From Aplysia californica (Eukaryota), in NCBI RefSeq assembly GCF_000002075.1, contig NW_004797695.1, forward strand, positions 598,970 to 662,969: 64,000 bases of DNA, given 5' to 3'. Below are positions 36,348 to 48,300 of the stretch, in pieces (within the stretch, counting starts at the first letter, position 1; every line of letters starts with the position of its first letter). The notes beneath the pieces were generated by a model that ran no database searches, had not been told where the DNA came from, and saw only the letters and a program-made list of their open reading frames with translations. The position numbers were made by a program, and so were the translations under genes.

Positions 36348-39300
36348 TTACGCTGGATTCTCATGTCGAGAAATTTCAGACTCTTCCCCTTGGTCCAACT
36401 CCGCTTGGTCGACCCCTTCCTCTTGGGCAGCCTCTTCTACTTGGGCGAGCTCTTCTACTTGGGCGGGCTCCTCAACTTGAACAGGCTCTTCCCCAACACC
36501 GTCTTCCTGAAGCTCCCGTCTTGCTGGGTCTAGGATGTCACTTTCATCAATTTCAAGCTCTTCCATCTCAATGTTGACGGCCTGTGGAAACCAAGATAAT
36601 TTTTAATGAATTTGAAGTGGAAAAATAGTAATTAATAGTAAATGAATTCATGCCCCTAAAGTACCCACATCGGTGATGTAGTAGTTAGATTCGTCACTGT
36701 TGCACATAGGAGACCCGAGTTCCATTCCTGAGTCGTTAGAATTCTTATCGAGCATCTTGGTCTTTCTGATGGGATGTTGTATCTCTGTCACCCTGGGTTG
36801 GCCCTGACACTGTACTGACAGGAAGGGTCAGATGCCCGCCCCCGCCTCCTATATGATCAAAATGGGGACGTAAAGCAACAAATAGATATAGGAAAAAAAA
36901 CCCCATTAAAATGCCTTTAACTTTAAGAACCCCTACTACTGAAACCTCCCTTTTTTTCTTTTTTTTTTTTTGGTAAGTGTTTTACTCCGCTCGCAACTGC
37001 ATAAGGTCATCATAATGTCAAGTGCGCGGGACACATTAAACTTTTTCAGTTGGTAGGAAATTTTGAATTTTGTCCGGATGGCAGCTGAAGCCTAGATCTA
37101 CTCTTATCGATTTTAGACCAGCCTTTTGTATTTGATTGGCGATGATTTAAACTTTCCGTAGTCGGCCATGATGCTATCAGTCATCAATAAGGTCAAATTC
37201 AAGGTATCCATTACTTCACTTAAAATTGTCTTTGAGCACTTTCTATGGCTCTATGACTTGTGATTTTAGACCACCAAGGGATCTTTAACATGTGCAACTT
37301 GCACACGGGCCCTCCGAGATTTTTCGCCCTTGTCCGAAAAGGCTAGGTACAGATCTTTCCTTCCAGAAGATTAGGGATGTGGCTGAGAGACAGCAGTAAG
37401 AAAGAGCCAAGGAGTAGCAGTAGAAAGGCTGCAGAAAGAGTTAAGAGCCCAGAGGAGGGGGCAAGGGAGGTGAGGAGGAGGGGGCAAAGGAGATGAGGGG
37501 GTGGGGGCAAAAATCAGAGGACAGAACATTGTTAGAGAGCAGGAAAGGAGGTGAAAAGAGACAATTTTAGAGAATAAAATTTTTCGGGTCTACCCGGATT
37601 CAAATCCGGGACCTTTGAATGAGAGGCCAACGCCTTAATCTCTAGGCCACGAGAGCCCCCTTGAAACCTCCACCTTCACTCATAATGTATAGTTTTAAAA
37701 AGAAGATTATGCAGCATTAATGCCACAGAGGATAGCATATCAGATAATAAATTACATAATTTTGTTTTCTGTGTCATTGCCAAGATAACCAGCAACATAA
37801 ATTTTTCAAAAACCTCTATTGTCTACAACTATTTGTTCAGCATGGACAGAGTATCCTTTTGCATACTTCAGTCTGTAACAGTAATAGTATGAGCAGAGCT
37901 TTCTTGAGAGAACTCACTATTAGATGTAAGAATGTTCAAAGAAGAATACCGTAGCCTCAAGGCCATCAAAGCAGTGGGGATTTGAAGCTCATAAAAGCAC
38001 AAACTGTTAACTGTAAATTGTAAAGTAACCAACAAAATATTAGAAACAGTCAGGGTTGCACGCTTATAATAATAATAACAATTGCAATTATATATAGTGC
38101 ACATCCATGCTCTACTGCATGCTCTACCTGTCCCCGTGGTTTTATGCATCCCGCATAATTTAGCAAAACTTGATCCTTTTTTGCATAATTTCTGAGTATT
38201 TTCCTTTATTATGCTTTGTTAAAATTAACAGAATCGCTTAATTTCCCATTTTTGGGCTCAGTTTGCATAATTGAATTTTTCTTGCATAAAACGATGGGGA
38301 CAGCTCTATGCGCTTTACAACTATCAATTATTACCTCAGCAGACAAAGAACACTCAAACATTCTCGGCTTCCCAGGAAGCATACAGTGCAAGCTGCAGAT
38401 TGCATTCGCTCAAACACTATAGGCAGGTACCCATTCCCGCCATGGTGAAATGAGCAAAATTCGCGCAAAGTGCCTTTGCCAAAAACACAATGTCTAGCCC
38501 TTGATGGAATTCGAACCTAGCACCTTACAGTTTGAGTATGAGAGCCTAACCATTTGGCCATCAATGCTATGCTTCTAAAGATGTGTATGGTCACAATAAA
38601 AGATTTACAACAAAATAAAAAGGGCCAGAATATGGGATTTATACCAATATCTTCAGCAGGAAGATCCACTTAAAACTAAAAAAGGTTCTACATTAAATAT
38701 GTCATACATTGACAGAAAGAACTTCTAAACTTCCAACAAAGTGAATCTCCTTGTAAAACAGCCCTTTTAGTTCTACCACTTAACACTTAGAGCGGCAGAG
38801 TCTATCAATTCGCACCTAGAGCTGCATTACGCAAAGTTTCAATCGCCGAACGTGCAACACTGCCATGGTACGCATTTTTGGGGTCTAGGAAGAATGTATG
38901 ATTAGAATTTACTGAAAACGAGGATACAGAATTTTTCTTCTTTCTTTGAGCTTTTGAATGGTCGAAATTGTCCCAGAAATAGTGCCTATTTTAAGTAATT
39001 ACGACGAAAAGTGGGGTGCGATGGAGTTGGAACTTGGACAAATCCACAGAAACTTTGAAAACATAAAAATTTAGCCCATAAAGCACTCTCAACCAAACAA
39101 AAATACGTTGAAAATTAATTTCTCTGTTTATCATAATGTGGTATTTTTATGTCACAAAATGGGTTGGTTGATTTTTAAATTGACTAAATAGACCGATAAC
39201 AAATTAAAACCCAACAGTCACAACTATTATGGGAAAATAAATGACTTGCCTATACAGTACCGCAATGCAAACTGGCTATTTGCAAGCAATATTTCCAAAT

Positions 39301-42300
39301 ATATGTGCGCGCCTAGAGAAAGGTACCAAAAGTCGCCCCAGACCATTTCGAGCTACAGGCTAATAATGACAAAAATCACTTTTTTAACCAAAATGTGTTT
39401 CCATTAAAAAATGATCGATCCAATATTATTTTACAATGTGCTCAAAGGGTTTACATTGAATTGACTTCTAAATGTTTTATTTTGAAAAGTTTTTGGGGAA
39501 AGGTGTATAATACGAACAAATAATGAAAACTGCTTTTAAAAGGCTTTAAAATCTATTGTTGAAGCATGTTTTCTCTTCCCTGATATGTTTTGCCATTGAA
39601 TTCCATTCATGATATCGATGTCAACAGAATGCCAAATTGGAAATGAGTGAGTTTTCCATGAATAAATACATTTTAAAAATCTTTTTTTTTTAAGTTTGTA
39701 TGTGTTCTCACGTTGGTTTAACTTATAGCTCAGTTTCTCAAAATTATATACCCTACCTCGTAAAATGTGCAACATCTCAAAAACTACTTGAGACCTCTAA
39801 AAAAAACAAAAAAACTTATTGGCGCTCACATGACCTTATGCAGTTGCGAGCGCCGTAAAACCCTCTACTATAAAAAAAATACTTTTTTTTTTAAATTAAA
39901 AAACCCCTGTATTCACTGTCAGCACTGAATTTTCTATCAGGTACAACCCTTAATTCAAAATGGTCAAAATCCGACTTTTGGTACCTTTCTTTAGGCACAC
40001 ACATGTATATAGTTTTGCATTTTCCCCCAGATCATTTTGTAAAGAAATTTCTTTTTATGAACTTTTTAAAAAATGTATGCTTTTTTAATATAATCATTTC
40101 CCTTTTCCAGGATTTTGGAGCATGCATCGGGAAAATCCCCAGGAATTAAATGGTTAAGAGCATGTGCTGGTAAAAAAATGTCAAGTTCACAAATAACTGT
40201 CTTAGGGTATGTTTTAGTGCTAATTGGGTCATTGATACGATCCAAAAAAAAGAGTGGGGGGGGCGGGGGAGTTATGGATTTTTTAAAATTAAAATGTCCG
40301 AAATTAGTGGTCATTCAGGATTTTTTTTAGTTTTACCTTTTTGCCCAAGGCTTTCTTGTTTTGTAACCACATGAGTTGAAACTTTGCAGGTAAACACTAC
40401 AAGGTACCAGTATGATAAAGCTTTGTGTAGAAAATCTTTTTGATTGAATAATTTTCTTGATTTTAATGACCTGAGGAGTAATCTTGCCAAATTCCAGCTG
40501 TCAAAAAAATTGTCAGTTCAACTCATTTGTCCAGAAAATTAAAAAAACTCCACTCCAGGCAAAAACTAACACTATCTGGTATTGAAAAACCCAAAAAGGT
40601 CACGAATTTTATTATTTTTTTGGCTTGCGTAAATCATTTTATGAGCCCCCAATTGTAAGCTTTCAGTTCAAAAACATACGGAACCCGATAACAAATATTT
40701 GGGAATTTTACCTTTTTTAATAGCCCATGACATTAAAAAAACAACTTTACTACATTTTTCACAGCTTAAAAAACACAACACCTACCAGCCACTCTGGAGA
40801 CTCCACACTGTCAATAAGTTGTTGCAGCCTGACCTGAATGTACCTCACATTGGACCTGATCTTTTCCACCCCAGCATTTGAAGCATTCTGAAGGGACTGA
40901 AGCTGGAAAAGAACAGAACATGAATCTTTCAAATGTACAGTAGAATTCTAAACAATGTGTCTGTGATTTGAAAGAAGGCAGGCTATTGGGATCTCTGTCA
41001 GTACACAAAGGGGAAAGACATTCTCACTTCCATGGAGGAAAAAAAAATGGCTGTTGAAAATATACATTTTTCTCAAATTCGCCAATTACAAAAAGAAAGA
41101 TCATTAGTACAACTGAACGTTTTATCTTTCAAAAGAGATATGAAGTTGGCACTTTCAAGTGAAAATAAAGGGAACATTACATTTTTTATTAGCAAGTCCC
41201 ATGTTCTCAGAAGAAGTCCATTTTTTCTGTTTTCTTATTCCTACACTTAATAATAATAATGAAGATCATTTCTATAGCGCCCACTCCCGTGTAAACACAG
41301 CTCTAGGCGCTTTACATAAATGCATGTAAGAAAAATATTCATGCACGCGACACACACACACACACACACACTCACACACACACACTCATATACACACAAA
41401 CACACACACATATACATATACACACACACAAACACACGCATACACACTCACGAACACATACACGCACNNNNNNNNNNNNNNNNNNNNNNNNNNNNNNNNN
41501 NNNNNNNNNNNNNNNNNNNNNNNNNNNNNNNNNNNNNNNNNNNNNNNNNNNNNNNNNNNNNNNNNNNNNNNNNNNNNNNNNNNNNNNNNNNNNNNNNNCA
41601 CGATTACACATCGTTATGAAATGAGAATAAAATAATATATACACTGCAATTCACAAAATACATAAATGGATACATAGACATTTACATAACATTGTACTGA
41701 ACATGAATCGACTGACTTAAAAAGGATGTCATTAAATGTGTCTTTAAAGATTTTTTAAATTTAGACTCAGATGTTGTATGTCTCAAGGGTTGGGGAAGAG
41801 AGTTCCAAACTGACGGAGCAAGGTGGGCGAACGATCTTTCGGCTAATTTTTTACCGCCTTTTCTAGGAACTCGTAAAAGATACTGGTCGCCTGATCTTAG
41901 TGATCTAGATGGAACATAAATCTGGATGAGATCACAAAGATATGAGGGAGCTTTGTTATTGACACATTTATGACATAATATTGCAATTTTATATGACATT
42001 CTAGCTGACACGGGAAGCCAATGCAACGTTCTTAACATGGGAGTAATGTGGTCCCTCTTCTTTTTCTTTAGTACAAGCCTAGCAGCATGATTTTGAAAAC
42101 GTTGTAACTTGTGAAGAGAGGTATTTGGTAAGTTAGCTAGTAAAGCATTACAATAATCGATGCATGAAAACAAGAAAGATGACACAAGCGTTTTCAACGA
42201 GTGTTCGTTCAAAAACATAGACATATGACCAATTCTACGCAATTCACAAAATAAAATGGTACATAAATAATTGATATGATGTTCCATTGACAATTTTGAA

Positions 42301-45300
42301 TCAAAATACACTCCCAGATTTTTTGCTTTGTTAGTAAAATGCAGTGTTTCAATTTTCAAAATGATTAAGTATATTCTTTATGGGCAAGAGGATAGTAGTG
42401 CCCCAGGTCATTATTCAAAAAGATGATGGCGCAAAAAACATATTCTCCCATGGATACTTCAAAGAATTTATTACTCTTGATTAGATAGTAAAAGAAGAAA
42501 ATTTGCATAAGATTTTGAAAACACTATGAGTATCTGAATCTGTTTTGTACAAGGCCAAGATGACTAAATAAATGTCTAGATAAAATATCACATTATACGT
42601 GAAAAGCAATTACTTACCGTAGCAAACTGAGCGACAAGTTCTTTGTATTCTTGTGACTTTGCAATAGGATGCCTAGCAAACTGACCAGCAGAATGGGAGA
42701 CTCTCTCAAGAGTATGAAAGCCAGACCTAACTTGTTGAGTCAACATACGCCCAAGTACAACAATCCTCTCCTCCAGAGTCTAAAATTCAGAAAAGAATAA
42801 AAATATCAATGAAATGTATCCTTTCACACTAACCTTCCAAAACTAACAATATTTCAGAAAATCAAACAGCAATAACACAAAACCATGTGTCAGAGAAAAA
42901 ACAAATTTTTCTAGACTTATGTCTACATAAAACTTCAAACAGCATGTCTTAATCGGAATTACAGTTCCTTATTTATGGAACCAAAAAAGCAACCTCATAA
43001 ACAGTCATCCAACTTGATAAAAAGACATTCACAAAGCAAAAAGTACAGCAAATGCAAAAGCAAACCTCATGCTTACAAAAAGTGGGGTTGTGATTTTATC
43101 AAAACGGGTTTTCAACCTCGATTTCTAAGCTGGCAATATAAAGCTGGCTTTCCTTCTTTTCAATTCAATATGTATAACAGGACAATCGAGCACCTATCCC
43201 AAAAGAGGGTTGTGAATTGCACACTATGTAGAGTCTCTAAAGAAGAATACATCACAACTTGCATTTTCAATCAATGCCAGTACAAGGGTTGCAAAATGAG
43301 CTAAAACTGCTTTTCACCTCATATACCAAATTGGCCTTTTTAAAATAAATTTTGTTTTGCTTTCAAAGGGGGGCGGTGTCTGGTTCACAGCACAACAAAA
43401 ATGAATATATGCAGCTTAGCAACATTAGGCTCCACAAACAAATCCGCTGTGAGTAATTTCCTAAAATAAATAATTCAGTAGTCACTAAAAAGGGGGAGGG
43501 GGGGGGAATAACAAGTCTCAAATCTGAGTTATTCATGGCCACACAAGAAAACCCAATTTCATTTTTTTAAAGAACGGCCTTGACGGTAAATCACTCTAAT
43601 GTTGTTGTTTTTTTAAAGACCACTTACCCCTGCAAACAGTGTTCCATTTTGAGCATTGTCTCCTCCGTTGTCTCCATCCGCAGTCACTTTTTCCCACATT
43701 TCTTCAGCCTTGACTTTTGCATTTCCCAAGTTGCTCTTGGCATAATCAATCTGCAAGTAAAAATTATATTTTTCAAACAAATTTCATCACACATGATTTT
43801 TTTAAAATAGCAGCAGTCTGAAAACACAATTTCCTAACTACAACTAAATTTCCACAACATGCACTGGAAACTTCAAAGAACAGATGAATTAACAAGAAAA
43901 ATTAAGTGGATTGGGTTACAGGAAACACATGCTTTTTTTTTCCAATAATTATTTCTAGCAGCGAAGATCCAAATAGATAAAAGACAAGAGTTAAGATTCT
44001 CAGGTCACAGTATCTGGTTCTATTCAGTCTGTGCAGGCATAACTTGAGGGTATTTTGGGGATTTCGTCTCACGCTTATCATACTCTTTATTCCAATTCCA
44101 GGGTAGGAGAAAAACTCAATAGTTCCAGAGTGCCAATTCTATCTATACATCTGAGACACCTTGAGGGCTTGCTCGCTAAAGTCAGTATTTCTCAAATTAA
44201 TCTCAACCCAAACCTGAATAGACTGTGGTAAGCATAATTAAATTATGAGTCTCTCAAAATATGGCCTACGCCTGCAACAAAAGCCTATAGTTTACTTTAG
44301 CTGAAACCAAGGGAGAATACAAAAGAAAAAGGCCATAGTATAAAAACTAGAGAAACCCACCACTGCATGATGTATTCCCTTAAAAGTTCTGAAATCATAA
44401 TTCTTCACTCATACATACACATGTAAGTCAAAGGTAAACAAAGTGAGAGTCATCCTGCATGAGCAAGTGAACTTCCCAAGAACGAAACTTTCAGACATGC
44501 CACACATGATAAGGATCCTGTATTCTACAAATAACACTTAAACTATATAATTAACAGATAATGACATCACTTTCACAGTAAAACAGATTTTAGAACTGCT
44601 CAAATATTTAAATAACTGAGTTTTCAAAAAGCTCAAAGGTACAAAAATCTTAAACGTGGATCTCAGTGTAAAGCTACTATAAAAAATTATGCATACTGAA
44701 CCAACATATAAAATATACTGTAATCATTATGGTCAATTAAGGCTTTAATCGATAAACAACCATGTGCATCATTAAACACACTTACCAAATCAACAACTCC
44801 ATGAAGTTTCCCCACTGCTTCAGCAGTACGAGCTTTAGCACCTTGGTAGTCTCTCATGGCCCGCTGGAAGAGACGGCGACGGAGCTTCTTACTGACAGTT
44901 CTGAAATGTACCTGAACTCTTTCTGGTGAGGGCTCCATTACTTCCATCTCTTGTACTTCGTTCTCTGACCCATTGTCTTGTGCATCTTCACTGCTCTCAT
45001 CACTGTCGTCATCATCATCTGGAAAAGAACCCCAGATTCATCCTTTGGTCTGATCATACAAAAAGTTTCCAAAATAATGTACAAGTATTTATGCAGCTTT
45101 GACAACCAACCTATATTATATCAATAAAAATGAACACTAAAATAAAAAAAGAGAAGCAAAAAGACTAACGTAACCTTGAACTCAATAGTGAGACAGATCA
45201 TGACAAATGTTAAAACATTATCTCTGAACACTTAACCTACTTTGCGTTAACACACTGCTGACATCACATCAACGTAATCTACTGATTACTTATAGTCATA

Positions 45301-48300
45301 CTGTGACCTTCAAACTATACAGATAATATTCTAATCAAACAAGCATGACCTTGGCTCCTCTTCATGCCTTTTTTGTATGGCTTGGATATAACTCAAACAC
45401 TCCAAACACGTAACTTCCCCAGAAAGTTCTGTAGTTCAAGTGAAAATTTAAAAAACAGAGCAAATTTACTTGTAGATTTCTTTTTTCTGTTTCACAGTGA
45501 CATAAGCAGGCACATAGCTGCTAACATTCTAAAACTCAAAATAAAACGACCACTGTACTAATTTGCTCTCATATATTATTCTAATGTGCATCAGAAATGT
45601 GCAGTCCTGACATTTGGAATTGGAGTCCCCTTTTAGACAAAAAAAGATGTCATTTCAAAGACAAAGAACTTGTCAAAGGGTAAAGGAAATAATAATTTAC
45701 ATTTTATCTTAATTAAACAAAGATTCCCCAAACACTGGCCTACAGTAAACTGATGATCTTTGAAATTTGAGACTACAAAACCCTCAAAGCTTACAGTAGT
45801 CACCGCCTAAACGCACGGTGCTCGGGAGGGCTCCTTAGCGTGTGCTTATACGGAGCGTGCGTTTACATGAACCTATGCGAGGTGAGGAAGGAACGCAGTC
45901 ATCACAATTCCTTATTACTACAGTGACCTCCCTTGGAGAGAGGAGGTCATTTTGGCAGATAATGTGACGACAAGTGACTTTTGCGATGGATTCCCCGACT
46001 GGGGTAAAGAATACATTGGGGGGGGGGGGGAGAGAAAGACAGACTCAATGTGGTAAATATGCGCTATAAACGTCGAAAACAGATAGCCTAAGAGGAAACT
46101 GTTGATGATAGTCATAGAGACGACGAACCGGCCACGTGGCTTTCCAAGCGACCAGCCCCGACCTTAAATTCATGCAGAATCATTCTTTCATTCACAGAAA
46201 CTTTTCTCTTGTGATTAGTTGAACAAGTACATTATAAGTTCTTCGAGCGCAGCTGATTAGGCTTACTTGTCTAATCTTAAATCCTGTCTAGATCTAGTGC
46301 TTTACAGCATTTACGGGTGTCGCGCATCAGGCCTAGATCTAACAAAACATTTCATGCAGTCACTCAAACCCCAGTCAGAAACCTTCTCTCAGAGATACAT
46401 TTCCAGTGACCAATCACAAAACATTTCACCCAGTCCCCCGTCCCAAATCCCCCCAGAACCATTAGCTCAATGTATCCCGCGTGACGCACACAGCCAGTGA
46501 CCCGACACTTCACCCACTTTTCCCATTCTTCTACACAGAACGGATCTCGGACACCGCGCATAATAAATAGCGCGTCACATTCCACATTATGTACATATTG
46601 TATACCCTGCTCTACTTACCGACACTTGAAACTGCTGGTCACCTCAAAACTTGAAACTTTCCCCCCCCCCCNNNNNNNNNNNNNNNNNNNNNNNNNNNNN
46701 NNNNNNNNNNNNNNNNNNNNNNNNNNNNNNNNNNNNNNNNNNNNNNNNNNNNNNNNNNNNNNNNNNNNNNNCCCCCCCCCCAAACTTTTCACTGACCAGT
46801 CCTAGATCTCTAGATCTAGATCTATGTGTCAGTGGAAAGTTGGATGTGAAAACGCTGTCCATCACTCTCTTTGTTCGGCAAGAGGGGCACGCTCACCAAT
46901 TTTCTAAGCTTGTCTTACTAACGCAGGCTCTGCAGGTTGTAGTGAAAATATCCCTTTGTCAAGCTTTAACTGTCTGCGTATTTCGCAGATCGGAGCGTAC
47001 GTTTAGAGGGAGTGACCATGCGTTTGTACGTCTTAATTATATAGTAAAAAACTCGTCAGATGACGAAAGCGGGCGTTTGAGCAGAGCGTGCTTTTGTATG
47101 GCGTGCGTTTAGGCGGAGACTACTGTATTCACACAAACTCACCAATTTCCTGCTCAGCCTCAATAATTTCAGGAATATATTTGTCCACCAGTCCATCTGC
47201 AATGGTCAGTGCGCCATCGAAAGTGCGGGTTGCCAGGCGCCCTGGGGGCGAGGCCAGGGTCATATTCACAGCCCCTGTCACGGTGCCCACACCAAGGTCA
47301 CGAGCTCCCACAACAAGTCGGGTGCCTTGAGACGTGATGTAGTTTACCTATATACAAACAGAGAAAAACTACTGTAAAGAGAACATTTGCAGTGCCCTCT
47401 AAATCAAAATGATAAAGAATTCACTAAGCATGAGTTAATGATCTTATGAGAATGGCTAACAAAAATCAGTAGTACACATATATTGCTTTGAGAATTCATA
47501 AAAATAAGTATGAAATTATGTACACAAACAAGTACTTTTTTCCAATTGAAGAAAAGTATAACAGAAAAAAAACTAGCATAATATGGTGTTTCATGACATC
47601 AATTTAACAAAAAGTTGAGTTTTCATACAAACAGCGACATACTTTTCTCTTGCTGTCATCCACCACACCTTGAACACAGCTCACTACTGGCTTCACACAA
47701 CCAAGCACTGGTTGTACATATTCCAGACAAGCATCTTTCACCTGTGAATATTTTTTAAGTGCAGTGTGTGGCAAGCAATAGCATTGTCTTGAGAAAAACA
47801 ATAATTTTCTTAACATCTGAGAAGGAAGGAAACATTTCACAAGGATGCAGATAAGGACAATAAAAACAAAGAAAAATAGTAGACAGAATAAAATCTCAAG
47901 TCTCTACCAACCGGCCATCAGTGAAACGTAAAATACAAACAAAAAAATACTAGCTAAAGCTAACATCTGACATTCAATTCAGGCTCAACTTTCTTTATTG
48001 AAACTTTGAAGCCCAATTTAGCCATGCACAAAGGACACCCTTTCAGACCACTATTAAAAGGAGAAGAGCAAGCAGCAATGAGCAGGGGCGAAGGCTGACT
48101 TGTTTGACAGGGTAATCAAAGTGAAATGGGACCAGATAGGGCCTGTAGATATCACACAAGAATCTTACTCGAGGCGGCGACTCTGAGTTGTGAATGAAAA
48201 CAAATCCGGAATTCATATTGTATGTTCAACCGCCAAAATAATCGGGAAAGTATCTTATTAAATATCAGTTCCCACTAAAATTAAACTTAACTTTAGATGT

